Below, piece after piece: positions 1 to 12,490 of a stretch of DNA of 64,000 bases. How positions within the stretch are numbered: the stretch's first letter is position 1; every line of letters starts with the position of its first letter. The translations under genes and the position numbers were made by a program. The notes beneath the pieces were generated by a model that saw only the letters and a program-made list of their open reading frames with translations, was not told the origin of the DNA and made no database searches. The DNA comes from Lama glama (taxonomy: Eukaryota), in assembly GCA_028534125.1 (NCBI GenBank), contig CM052817.1, positions 52,144,001-52,208,000 of the forward strand, in the 5' to 3' direction.

Positions 1-980
1 TTTATGAATTTTTAAAAATTCAGTTTGAGGTCTTCCTTGTTCTTAGTATGTTGAATTATTTTTTACTGAAAGCTGGATTTTTGTATTATGAGATTCTGGA
101 TCTTTAAAAAATGTTCATATTTTGCTACTTTTTTCTGATTCTGCTCTGGCAGGAGAAAGGTGATTCTACCTCACTACTACTAGGTAGAGATAAGTCTAGA
201 TTCCCTACTAGGTCTCTACCTACACCTGCAGGGGTAGGGGGTCTTTTCCTTACTCCTAAGCAGAGATGGAAATACTGGCTTCTCATTCACTCTCCACTGA
301 CAATTCAGTGGGGAGGACCATTTTAATGCTGGACTGTGATGAAAGTCCTACCTTTTCACTAAGCCTCCTCTGACACCTCTTCAGTGTAAGGAGACCACCT
401 TGTTACTGCTGGGTGGAGGTGGAATTGTAGGCATGCTATATGTTCTTCACTGACATTGGGGGAGGGCAGTGTCTTATCATCTGCCAAAGGGGATAAATAT
501 CTCATCTCTTTACTTTGTCTTCTCTGACATCACTATAACAGGTGTTCCATTACAGCCTTGTGAGGCTGGAAGTCTAAGTTTCTGACTTGACCTTAGCTGG
601 AGTGAGTAGGGATTGGACCAGTTTTGTCTGAAATAGAGGGTATAGTCTAAAAGATTTACATCTATTAGGCTGGTTCTGGTCCTTCACTAGAGAGCATCAC
701 CCTTTTCTGGTATTTATTTTTGTCCATGCCTATTACATTTCTAGATAGTCAGCTTTGTCAGCTCCAAATCTAGGACACAATTATGAAACAAAATGAAACC
801 CAAGGTGCTCACAGATGTGTAATTTTTAAGGTCCAAAGGTCATTAACTGGTCTTCTTCACTCTATCTTTAATAGTCTTCTTCTGTTTATTTTATGTATAA
901 TGTTCAGGGTTTTTAATTGTGCTGGGTGGAAGCAATAAGGAAAAGTGCATCTACTCCGTTTTCCCAGAAGCAGCAGTCTA
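1..980 (-). mobile_element. Old L1 (L1MC/L1MD-type) 5' UTR fragment
   Basis: Reverse complement of about 830-980 (gactgctgcttctgggaaaacggagtagatgcacttttcc...aaaaaccctgaacattatacataaaataaacagaagaagact) resembles the recalled 5' start of L1MC/MD-class elements; degenerate internal subrepeats lie upstream. Confidence 0.65.
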
Positions 981-1816
981 CATTTTCTATTTTGTGATAG
1001 ATAATATAATATGAATCTACCAAAATATTTGATCACATGTCCTCCTCAGAGCTTGTTTCCTAATCTGCAGTAAATTTTAGAGTAGCTGCTTTATAATATT
1101 TAAAGTGCAGATCTGGTGAATCATACCTGTAGAGTGATTTAAAGCTGAGGGCAGAACAAGGAGTAGATATGGAATTCTCCCTAATGATGAAGTGATATAT
1201 GCAATAAAACTATACATTTGGCATTAAATCTGCTGATATAGATTTTTACTGGCTTTAGGTTTAATCTACTAATTAGAATTAATTCAAAGAGGTGACTCAG
1301 AAATAGTTTGGGGCCTGAAAGCATTGTGGAAGGAAGGAGATTAAGTAAATCTTGCTTGGATTGAAGTACTGCCTCCACTTGTTCTACCTCTGTGACTTTG
1401 AAACAATTATTAGACCTTTCAATTCCATTTCTTCATTTCTAAAAGAACAATAATGATGTTTTCCAAAATTACCTCATGTGTTATTTTGTCCCTAAATTTT
1501 AAATTTTATATAAATGGTTACTCATCAATACAAATCATTGTAATATTCCCTATTAAAACTACCTATTTCTGAGACCATATTGGCCAAAGTTGACTCACTG
1601 ATACCTTTCAGAAAGAAAAGCAATGCACATGCAAACTACCTGATCAATAAAGTTTAAATTTAAGGACACTAAATGTACCTAATAATAATAATAATGATAA
1701 ATTTAGAGATTCATAAAGCTCAATAAATAGCAATCAAGATAAAGAACAAAGAAAGCCAAGCCTGTATACTTAAAGAAATAGTTGAAGCATGATTTTAGGA
1801 ATTATGCATTATGTGT

Positions 1817-1839
1817 ACACACACACACACACACTCACA
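1817..1839 (+). repeat. (CA)n microsatellite
   Basis: acacacacacacacacactcaca seen directly. Confidence 0.9.
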
Positions 1840-1869
1840 GAATGGGCTGAGTCTCCTACAGAAATTAAT

Positions 1870-3276
1870 TTAAAACTCTAGAAAATGTCCAAACCAAAAA
1901 ACAAACAAAAAACCAACAACATAAAGAATCTATTCAAATGCTCAACATAAAGAATCTATTCAAATGCTCTGGAGCATAAACAAAGCCAGGAAGATTTTGA
2001 AGATCAGCTGCCACATAAAAGAAAAGACTAATAACATGGGTGAATTTTCTGTTATTATGACTTTTAGCCAGAGGGAAGGCCACACATAGCTCTGTGTAGG
2101 GCATTTACACATTTGATAGAAAGGAAACTTATCTTTATGGTATGAAGATCTAGAGGACAGAGTTTAGTACAGTTATATCCACAGAAAATTACAGAGTGAA
2201 TTTCTAAGAGAGGCAAGCAAAAGAGGAGATACCCATATTCTATGTATAAGCTGTCTAAAATCTGGTTGATATATGAAGCACCACATGCATGTTGTAGACT
2301 GCAAGCTACCAAACTACGGATAAAGACACAAATCAGAATTCAACTGCTGTTCAAGATACAGAGTATGAATTTTGAGTCTATCCAAGTTAATTTCTTGTTA
2401 AACATCCCAATGTCCTTAACAGTGATATAACAGAATCATTACTATCTACAGTATTATCTTCACAATGTCCAAATATAAACCAAAATTACTCAACACCTGA
2501 GGAACCGGGAAAATTTGATCTATTCTGAAAAATAAAAGACAATCAACAGAGATGATCTCTGAGATGACCAGATATTGATAACACCAGGGAAGGATTTTAA
2601 AGTCAATATAATGACAATATTCATTAAGATGAAGAAAAATATTTTTGTAATAAGTGAAAAGATAGCAGAGTTATAAACAATAAAAAAAATAGAAACTGCA
2701 AATGAAAAATAATATTTTGCTAATTGGTCTTAACTACAAGATGGTGAAAAAATGTTAAAAAAAAAAGTAAAAAAAAAACAAAATGGTGATTACAGGGGTA
2801 AGAATCAGCAAAATTGAAAAAGATCAACATAAATTATCCAATATAAAAAACAGAGATAAAAAAACTGAAAAATACCAATACTGGTTTAGAGATCTCTGAG
2901 ACAAAATCAAAATATATAAAATACTTGGAATCCTTGAAGAAGAGCAAGAAATGAGTATTTCAGGAAAGATTGGATAAAATATTTTCCTAATTTGGTAAAA
3001 AATACAAATGGAGAGTTCCAAAATCTCAGTAAATATCATAAAACATACAAAAACCATACCTAGGAATATCATAGACAAATTAGTTCACACCAGAAAAAAA
3101 AAATCCTAAAAGAAACCAGAGTAATGTGACATGTTATACAGGGAAGCATGTGACTTTTCAACAAAATCTATGGATGACAGAAGATAGTAAATAAGGTCTT
3201 TAAAATACTGAGAGAGAAAAAAATTCTGTCAACTCAGAAATACTACATCCTGCAAAAATATTCTTCAAGAATGAAA
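1870..3276 (+). mobile_element. Old L1 (L1M) 5' UTR/ORF1 remnant
   Basis: A-rich strand with ORF1-like motifs (aagacaatcaacagagatga...gagatgaccagatatt; ccatacctaggaatatcatag; ctgtcaactcagaaatactacatcctgcaaaaatattcttcaagaatga); many stops. Confidence 0.75.
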
Positions 3277-4112
3277 ACAGAAGAACTGAATAGACATTGT
3301 TCCAAAGAGGAAATGCAGATGGCTAACAGGTACATGAAAAGTTGTTCAAAATTGCTGATCATCAGGGAAATACAAATCAAAACTCAATGAGCAGAATGGC
3401 TAGCATCAAAAAACAAACAAACAAACAAACAAACAAAAAAAAACCAAAATAAGAAAGACAAATAATAAATGTTGGTGAGGATGTGGAGAAAAGGGAATTC
3501 TTGTACTGTTGGTGAAAATGTAAATTGGTGCAGTCACTGTGAAATACACTATGGAGGTTTCTCAAAAAACTAAAAATTGAACTGTCATATTACCCAGCAA
3601 TTCCACTCCTGAGTATCTAACTGAAAAATACAAAAACACTAATTTGAAAAGATTCATTTACCCCAGTGTTCACGGCATTATTTATAATTACCATGATATG
3701 GAAGCAACCTAAGTGTCCATCAACAGATGAATAGATAAAGAAAATAGTATATGTATACAATGGAATACTACTCAGCCATAAAAAATAATTAAATTTTGCC
3801 ATTTGCAGCAACATGGATGGATTTGGACAGCATTAGGCTAAGTGCAATGTCAGACAGAGGACAACAAATATTGTGTGATACCACTTATATGTGAAATATA
3901 AAAAATACAACAAACTAGTGAATATAGCAACAAAAGAAGCAGACTAACAGATATAGAGAATTGGGAGAGGAAGGGGAGCAATACAGAGGTGAGGGAACGA
4001 TAGGTTCAAACTATTGTATATAAGACAGCTACAAGGATGAACAACATGGGGGATATAGCCAGTTTTTTGTACTAACTGTAAATTGAGTCTAACATTTAAA
4101 ATTGTATAAAAA
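3277..4112 (+). mobile_element. 5'-truncated L1 (end of ORF2 + 3' UTR) inserted into the older L1
   Basis: Classic ORF2 3' motifs (gaaatgcagatggctaacagg, gttggtgaggatgtggagaaaaggg, ggaagcaacctaagtgtccatcaacagatgaatagataaag, tttgccatttgcagcaacatggatgg) and an A-rich tail; candidate TSD aagaa(tg/ca)aaa at 3267-3276 / 4113-4122. Confidence 0.92.
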
Positions 4113-4122
4113 AAGAACAAAA

Positions 4123-4600
4123 TGAAATAAAAACATTCTCAGACAAAATTTATTGCCACTAGAGGGTAATACAAGAAATGCTAAAAAAAAAAAAAGAAAA
4201 AGAAAAAAGTACTTTAGACTGGAAAGATAATGATAAAAGAGGATTTTCAGGAAGGAATGAAGGGGCCAGAAATGCTAAAACTTTGGTTAATGTAAAAGAC
4301 TGTTTTCTTATTGTATTCAAAGTATAGATGTGGTTTAAAGCAACACTGTAACATTATATTGCAGAGATTATTATTCATATTGAGATTATATCATTAAGGC
4401 TGGGAAAGGTTCACACATGTTCCAATGTTTATACATTTTACTTACAGTAGTACAATATTAAACATAAGTATAATATTGTGAGAATATATGCAAAATAATT
4501 GCAGTAATAATGCTATTTCTTGTGTTAGATAATTATATATACAGTCAAAGAGAATGAGATGGGAACAAATTAAATGCATCTTCAAGTGTTGGCTGTAGAA
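4123..4600 (+). mobile_element. Continuation of the old L1 (ORF1 end/inter-ORF)
   Basis: Resumes with tgaaataaaaacattctcagacaaa, the ORF1 sequence expected after ...ttcaagaatgaa at 3265-3275. Confidence 0.7.
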
Positions 4601-5049
4601 ATGGAAAACGATTTGAGAAAGGTTTTCAAGGGGAATAGCCACAAAACAAGATCTCTTTATATATGTATAGAACTGCCAGGATGACAGACCACATACGATT
4701 ATGCAGGAAAACTGTGTAAAATTCCTGGACCCCAGTGTGCCAGCTGTAAAGTTAGCAGGACATTTCATCAAATAAAACAGATCAATGAGGAAAGCTTACT
4801 TCAACGGTATCACACAAAGTACATAGAGACCTAGTGCATGCTTGTTTTTGTGTCAACACTAAAGATCCACATAGATTGAATTGCTTGAAACATTTCATGA
4901 TCTGCCCACTTTCTCTAGATTTGATCAGCTAGGATCATATCAATGATAACTTTGTGATGAATATATGAACTATATTATTAGTTACAAATCTTTGTGATAA
5001 ATAAAACTTTATTAAAAGATATAGGGATGCTTCCAATAATCACAGACTA

Positions 5050-5230
5050 CACACATATAAATATCTACGGGATATATGTATATGTGTGTGTGGTATGTAT
5101 ACATATGGTTACACATAGTTATATATATATACATTATATGTTATACTGTAATATGGTCACATACTTATATATACTATTATAATACTACAGTAAATACTAG
5201 CTGTATGTAATGTATAATATATACTTGTAT
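5050..5230. repeat. TA/TG-rich low-complexity tract
   Basis: Degenerate (TA)n/(TG)n runs seen directly. Confidence 0.7.
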
Positions 5231-5386
5231 TTAGTAGTTCAGTTGGATGAGCAGAGAGCATTACAACCACATCACATTCACATTTAAATAAGGCCAGTGT
5301 TGCAGATGCTAAGGTTAGGCGGGCACACCAATCAACACAGCTGCCATGTTTTACTCTAATTTCCATTGCTGTTGCTCTTTTATAAG

Positions 5387-5479
5387 GAGTCCACATGCTG
5401 TAAGAAAGAAATAGATGATTTCAAATCTACTAATTATTATCATGATGTTATTAATTTAGACCAAGATAATAATAAGATG
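5387..5479 (+). CDS. Candidate internal coding exon, 93 nt, phase 0-0 (ESTCCKKEIDDFKSTNYYHDVINLDQDNNKM)
   Basis: Acceptor ttgctgttgctcttttataag| in unique sequence and an open frame; the donor ATG|gtgtct is weak. Confidence 0.3.
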
Positions 5480-6649
5480 GTGTCTGTGAAGAAAGACTTC
5501 ATTATGGAATTAATTGCTTTGATTAGGGTCAACACAGGAGAAAAGATTTGCATACCATTTAAGAAACAATTATTTTGATGGCTATTCAGGAGCCAAAGAC
5601 ATGCAAATTTAAAGAAAGCATTTTACAATTTCCCCTTTTACATTCAGATGCTAAGTTCTCTGATAAACCCCACTTGTTCGACAGAAAATTAAAATCACTG
5701 AATTGAAGAAGATCTGGGTAATGATGTATTATTGATATATTCTGTAAATGTTCAAATTATTCTTGGCTTCAATTTTGAATTTATTTCATAGAAACAAAAA
5801 ATAGCATTATAAAGTCAATTTTAATCTTAGTGTTGATGTTGTGGTTGTTTTCCCCTAATAGATATCCATAGAAGTAAATTATAGTTATCTTTATGAATTT
5901 ACTGTTACTCTTTTTATTTCCTAGCTCTTGAACACACATATGGAACCAGGAACTTCTCTGTGTTTAACACCTGCTTCCCAATTCATTGACTAAAAATGCA
6001 ACTTAATTCTTTTGTCTTGCTGTTACTCAGTATTTTATTGCATTTCCCCCTCTGATGAGTATTTAAACTCAATTTGAGAGAAAGCGTATCTTAGATATGT
6101 CTCTCTCATATAAAAATATATTCTTCATGAAAAATGGAAAATTGTCAGCAGGTTTGGAATCTATAAGTAATCTAATTTTGTTTTTCTGTTTCTCATTCTC
6201 ACTAATTTTCTTGGTTGGTTTTCACTGTAACGTCCCTCTCAAGTTAATGACCAGAACCATACTCAGGGTCAGATTTGACCATTAAAATTGAGAGGGAGTC
6301 ATGAAACTATAAATATCAAGGCATGTGACTCATTGAATATTAAGAAAACTTAAAATAAGTTTCTGATTCTAAAGCACCTGCTTTATATTGGAAAAGGACC
6401 ATTAACCAAATAACTAATGTTCCTTTAAAGGCCTACATATGCAAGCAAAATTTTCCCTTTTATATTCTTTCTTTATTAGCCTCTCATATCAACAAAACAG
6501 CTTCCTTTGGGAACAAAGGAAAGAGTAACCAATAACAACAACAAAGTCAGATCCATCTTTGACATTTTAATTAACAACAACAAAAGAACATCTAGCAGAT
6601 AGAGTGTTCCTGATCTTTCTTTTATATAATATTTTCATGGCCACATGAC

Positions 6650-7838
6650 ACTATAATTACAATGTTATGTGTAAATTCTTATTAAAATTAGTTAAATATA
6701 AGAAATATGAGCATAAATATAAAATTTCCAACCCTACCTGAAAAAGCTCATATATACTGATGAGCTGAAGCAACCACCAGTAGATATGAATTCCAGAAAC
6801 TGTATTTATTATCTATCTAAGAATGTAACATTATTATAGAACTTATACATTGAGTAATAATCAATAATTTATTAAAAATTATAAAACGGAATCAGCAGAT
6901 TTTAAAAACAATAAATAGAACTTTTAGAAATAAAAATAATTATTAACATTAATTCAGTGATGCTAATGTTAAAAAACATTAAAAAACTGTTAAAGAGACT
7001 ATTAGAAATAGTTGATGTAAGGATTAGCAAGTTAGAAAAAAATACCTAACGATATTAAGCATCAAAGAGTTGGAAAATAAGAAAGAAATGTAAAGCAATA
7101 CAGTGAGCAAAATAAAAAACCCCAAACTCTAGGTCTTTCACATTATTTCTAATTAAAGCCCTTGAAAAAGAGAAGAGAAAGATGAGGAAGCAACAAAATT
7201 CATAGAGGTAGTTCTGTGAATTGTGCCAAAATTATGAAAGATAAATGTGTGTAAATGTGGAAAGCACAAAGAATGCTGAGTAAAATATAGTCCAAAATAT
7301 CAACAACCAGTCCCACAGTAGTAATACTTTACAGCACTAAAATCAAGGAGATGATCTTAAAAGCAATAGGACAGAAAATGCACAGAACACCAATTCCTTG
7401 AAGACAATGGAATTACATCCTCAAAGTATTAAGAGAAAATAAGTACTAGACTTGAACTGTATAACCAGAAAAATTATCTTTCAAGAATGATGAAATATAT
7501 AAACATTTTAAGATTACAACAGAGATATAAACAAAATTAAAAAAAAAATTGTCCAAAGAGGCACTATTGCAGGAACGTAAGAAGATTTATTTCAGCCAGA
7601 GGTGTTGAGGTGCCAGTAAGAATGTCAGTTATGAAACTATAAATGTATAAGTAAATCAAAACATCCATTGGCTAAATAAAGTAACAACAGTAATCACAGC
7701 AACAGTCATAACTGCATAATGCCAAGTTTGGGGTAAAATTAAAAATGACAGTAGCAGACTTCAGAAGCAAGTAGTTTGGGGAGAAAGAGAAATAGAGTTA
7801 AAGAATTATAAATTTCCTAATGGAATTTACAAGGAAGG
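6650..7838 (+). mobile_element. Very old L1/HAL1-type ORF1 remnant
   Basis: A-rich, ORF1-like motifs (aaagcacaaagaatgctgag, atcttaaaagcaataggacagaaa, gaagacaatggaattacatcctcaaagt, aaattatctttcaagaatga); appears to resume after the MaLR LTR to about 8620. Confidence 0.6.
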
Positions 7839-8283
7839 TGTGATCACAGTTACAAGTAAAACTCCCCCTCCCCCAGTGAATCATGCCTCCTTGCATCCAT
7901 AGTTATGTGTAGTTTCTTCCTATATTGACTCTCTGGCATGACCATTTGACTTACTTTGTCTAATGTTCAAATAGAATTTTGCAGAGCACTTATGCATTAG
8001 ATTTTGTCTTCTATTGCTAGGGACCCTTCTGCCATCAAGAAAGAAGCCTGGGCTAGCCTCCTGGAGGAGGAGATATCTCTAGTAGGAACAAACCACCTTG
8101 GGGGTGGAGAGTAACCCAGGAACCAAACGGTGGCCAATTGTCCAGAAGACCGAATTTACATCTAAGGCCTCAGGCGAGAGCAGCTCAAATCGCTAAATCA
8201 TATATTGAGAAATTAAAATCATTATTGTTTTAAGGTACTAAATTTGGGGGTAGTTTTTAATGCAACGAATAGAAATGAATTCA
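7839..8283 (+). mobile_element. MaLR solo LTR (MLT1H/I-like)
   Basis: tgtg start, atgcctcc...catcc, gaagcctgggctagcctcctggagga, and 3' end ttgttttaaggtactaaatttgggggtagtttttaatgcaac...ca typical of MLT1. Confidence 0.75.
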
Positions 8284-9229
8284 AGCTTTGTAAAGTTATT
8301 TGCATGATAAGTTATTTTAAAAAACTCTGAAAGAATAGAAAGAGTATACAATTTCCAAGAGAGTAGAGCGGGGAAAAGGGGGGGGGGGTTAGTTATTTTG
8401 CAAGTGTGAAAAAGATAAAGTCAGTGAAAACAAAAAATATGTTGAGAGAATTAAGTCCAATATTTCTGTTCCTCCAAGAAATATATATAGCCCAAACTGC
8501 CCTATTACAAGACCAGTTTTCAGGTGGATTCAACTAGTTAGAGATTCACCTACATCAGGAAGATTTTCATACTGTGAAAGTAAAAGTTCAAGAAAAAACA
8601 GTCAAAAGAAAGTGGGCATAGATCAATTTCCTTTTCTACAATGATTTTTTTTTCTTTTCAACTAGAAAACTCCAGCTTCTCAAAATTTTGACATTGTCAA
8701 AGGGAATGTAGTGTGATATATAGTGCTGATACTGTGCACTACCTTATGCTTGTAATCCGCACAGAGTTTAACAAATAGAACATTTCTTAAGAAGTCTAAT
8801 TTGCTTTTCTTGGATATTCAAATTTTAACACAATTACTGACACATAATTAGCATGTAAATATATGCTACTGAATTAACTTATCCCATATTTGGTTCTAAC
8901 TACAGTTTTCATTTTATATGATCAAATGGACAGCATTTGTATTTATGTTTTATCTACATACCACCACAACCAACAATAGAAATATAAAAACAAACTTAGG
9001 AATATTCATAATGTTTCCTTTTCTATTAATTCCTACAAAGTTACCTAGGGTCTTTATGTCTTAGTAATTACTATCAACTTCAATTCACCTGGATTGGAAC
9101 TGACTGAGGTCTCTGTCTCTGTTCTTGATCTTCTCTCATTGGATAGAATATTTTCAAAATGTTAATCAAATCATATTACTTGACTAAAACTCCCCAGATA
9201 TCTTCCAATAGCATTAGAGTGGAATCCAA

Positions 9230-9560
9230 ATTTCTTTGCGGGATAGGATGCTAATGCTGGCACTACTGCAGTGGACAGCAATGGGCATCTGTTACTGGAT
9301 TCTGCTGTTGCTACTTGGCTTAACAGTACCATTGCTGGGAGCCACTGACTGCCAATTTGCTGCCATGACTTACTACTGTAATTATTTCTGTGTTCTATTT
9401 GCATTAATTCCTTTGAATTTAAAGTTCTGAATGGAGACTTTATTGGTGACATAGTTAATAGAGCCATGCCCTAGCTGTCTAGGTGTGGGGAGAGCAAGTA
9501 TCTGCCCCCTTCAGGTTCCCAGTGACAGAAGAGGATTTGTCTCCAATTGAAACAACATAA
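9230..9560. mobile_element. Old ERVL/MaLR-type LTR remnant (LTR33/MLT1K-like)
   Basis: catgccctagctgtctaggtgtggggagagcaagtatctgcccc resembles the ccctagctgcaagggaggctgggaaagcgagtatctg motif of old ERVL/MaLR LTRs. Confidence 0.4.
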
Positions 9561-10103
9561 AAGCTTAAATTATTTATTTTCACTGACAAGCTTCTTTATA
9601 TATCCTCCTTCTTATACTTAAACTTAAAAATAATTTTGCCAAGCAAAATATAGCTATCACTCATAAAACCAAATGTAAACTGAATTCCCCTCCTAAATCA
9701 TATATATTACACGATCCAACTTGCTATACAAGATTTATTGATGAAAGCTTTTCTTATTTAGGATTATTTTGCAATCATTTGGGCAAAATTTCACAGGTTA
9801 CCAACAACAATACTTTGTGTGTATGTGAAAAGGGGACGAGCATTAAGAGAATTATGGTATAATATACAAATATATATGTGACACAGAAATACTTAAAATA
9901 TTGGGAGATGTTAGAGTCCTCATTTCTGGAACTGGCTTCTGGCCATGACTGGTACTTACAATTTTCCTTTTCCACTGACCATTCCTTGGGTCTTTGCCTT
10001 AGATTTAAATGTTCTGGGTGGAGCTTCTGGTTACTGTTTAGTCAATGGTTCAGCTTTTCTGAATTCTGTTAGAGTAATTCTATTCTTACTTCCTAAAGAA
10101 TCT

Positions 10104-10879
10104 TGATGGACATTTAGGCTGTTTCATATCTTGGCTATTGTAAATAGTGCTGCTATGAACATTGGGGTGCAGGTGTCATCCTGAAGTAGGGTTCCTTCTG
10201 GATATATGCCCAGGAGTGGGATTCCTGGGTCATAAGTCTATTCCTAGTCCTTTGAGGAATCTCCATACTGTTTTCCACAGTGGCGGCACCAAACTGCATT
10301 CCCATCAGCAGTGTAGGAGGGTTCCCTCTTCTCCACAGCCTCTCCAGCATTTGTCATTTGTGGACTTTTGAATGATGGCCATTCTGACTGGTGTGAGGTG
10401 ATATTTCATTGTAGTTTTGATTTGCATTTCTTTGATAATTAGTGATATTGAGCATTTTTTCATGTGCCTATTGATCATTTGTATTTCTTCCTTGGAGAAT
10501 TGCTTGTTTAGGTCTTCTGCCTATTTTTGGATTGGGATTTTTNNNNNNNNNNNNNNNNNNNNNNNNNNNNNNNNNNNNNNNNNNNNNNNNNNNNNNNNNN
10601 NNNNNNNNNNNNNNNNNNNNNNNNNNNNNNNNNNNNNNNNNNTTTGTTTATTCTTGCTTTTATTTCTATTGCTTGGGTAGACTGCCCAGAGAACATTTTT
10701 GAGATGTATGTCAGATAATGTTTTGCCTACATTTTCTTCTAGGAGGTTTATTGTATCTTGCCTTATGTTTAAGTCTTTGATCCATTTTGAGTTGATTTTT
10801 GTGTATGGTGTAAGGGAGTGTTCTAGCTTCACTGATTTACATGATGCTGTACAGTTTTCCCAACACCATTTGCTGAAGA
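10104..10879 (-). mobile_element. Inverted 5' arm of a young lineage-specific L1 (ORF2 C-terminal coding part)
   Basis: Minus-strand ORFs MKLEHSLTPYTKINSKWIKDLNIRQDTINLLEENVGKTL and [14 protein letters not shown] are L1 ORF2p-derived; contains the N gap. Confidence 0.95.
10543..10642. other. Assembly gap (100 N)
   Basis: Run of N; the round length suggests a placeholder of unknown size. Confidence 0.99.
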
Positions 10880-11407
10880 ATTTACAATAACCAAGACATG
10901 GAAACAGCCTAAATGCCCATCAACAGATGACTGGATAAAGAAGATGTGGTATATTTATACAATGGAATACTATTCAGCCATAACAACCGATGACATAATG
11001 CCATTTGCAGCAACATGGATGTTCCTGGAGAATGTCATTCTAAGTGAAGTAAGACAGAAAGAGAAAGAAAAATATCATATGAGATCACTTATATGTGGAA
11101 TCTAAAAACAAAAAAAAAACATAAATACAAAACAGGAACAGACTCATAGACATAGAATACAAACTTGTGGTTACCAGGGGGATGAGGGGGTGGGAAGGGA
11201 CAGACTGGGATTTCAAAATGTAGAATAGATAAAGAAGATTGTACTGTGTAGCACAGGGAAATATATACAGGATCTTGTGGCTCACAGCGAAAGAGAATGG
11301 GACAATGAATGTATGTATGTTCATGTACAACTGAAAAATTGTGCTCTACACTGGAATTTGACACAACATTGTAAAATGACTATAACTTAATAAAAAAAGT
11401 TTAAAAA
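10880..11407 (+). mobile_element. Non-inverted 3' arm of the same L1 (ORF2 end, 3' UTR, poly(A))
   Basis: tttacaataaccaagacatggaaacagcctaaatgcccatcaacagatgactgg ... aataaaaaaag; TSD aaagaatcttga at 10095-10106 and 11408-11419. Confidence 0.95.
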
Positions 11408-12136
11408 AAAGAATCTTGAACTATTAGTGGTACTTCTTATACATGGTCAGAGTAGTACTCCATTACTTTTATTGCTAGACATGGGTTGCACTTACTTTAA
11501 TTATACACTTTCAAGTCCCTATTTTTATAGAAGCAATAATATTTCCCCTAAATATTTAGGATAAATCACCTCACACTATAAATTCTCTTTTTACTGGCTT
11601 GGATAATAGAATGCAAAGCCAAAAATGACAAGGTAATAGTTTTCCACTTATTAGACTGGGCTCTTTCCAGTTGAATGGAACCTTGGAGGAAATATTGTTT
11701 TCTTAGGTACTAAAATATCTAAGTCAATGAAGTCTAGGCTTATGGAGAAAGGAAGAAACAATAATAAGAGTGGATCATTAGGAGGAACTATGAGATATTC
11801 CATTTCAATGTTGATTCCTTAGATCAAAGTCCCTTTGGTGAAGTGCAGAGGAAGCTTCATTTTACACTATAGTATTACTGTTGCATGCAAGGTCTTTCTT
11901 CTTTGTATCTATGGGAGGACCATAGCTTTGTCTAAAGTTAACTCACATCAAGCTTCTATTTGTCATATCTTCACTTGATGATGTTGTTATTATACATTTT
12001 ATGTGAGGCTTCTCAAGTAGGCTGCCAATCTTTTGCAGTCCAAAAGATCCCAAGATATCTGAAGTTCAAATCATTATTACTCTCAAACTCGCCGGACATC
12101 TTTTAATGTTAGTTATGCCTAGTTTGTATCAAATTA

Positions 12137-12317
12137 CAGTTGACCCTTGAACAATACAGGTTTGAACTTCATGTATCCATTTATACGTGTATTTTTCCAG
12201 TAGTACATGACCTGTAGTTGACTGAATCTGTGGATGCAGGGCATATTATGGAGCCTCCAGGAATTTGGGTACATGAGGGGGCTTCCAGAATCAATTCCCC
12301 ATACTGAGGGATGACTA
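12137..12317 (+). mobile_element. Tigger2/MER2-group MITE
   Basis: ta|cagttgacccttgaacaatacaggtttgaact is the Tigger2-type terminus; the right end gaatcaattccccatactgagggatgact is MER2-type. Confidence 0.75.
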
Positions 12318-12349
12318 AGTTTTACTACTTGGTCTTGCCACTCGGGGAC

Positions 12350-12490
12350 GAGATGTAGTATTGTGTGACATATACAATTCTGAATTCAGACAACATGGAT
12401 TTCAATTCTAGCTTTACCCCTTAGATGCTATGACGTTGAGCAAGTTCCTTCATCTTTCTCTGATTATTTTGCTTATTTATTAAATGGGAA
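12350..12490 (+). mobile_element. MIR SINE fragment
   Basis: ggatttcaattctagcttta...tgacgttgagcaagttccttcatctttctctg...taaatggga matches the MIR core. Confidence 0.65.

Noticed and set aside
5903..5995. Acceptor tgttactctttttatttcctag followed by a short open frame
   Set aside because: No donor before the stop and no supporting poly(A) context.
10153..10832. Minus-strand ORFs with protein-like sequence
   Set aside because: Fragments of L1 ORF2p in a truncated, inverted copy; not a host gene.
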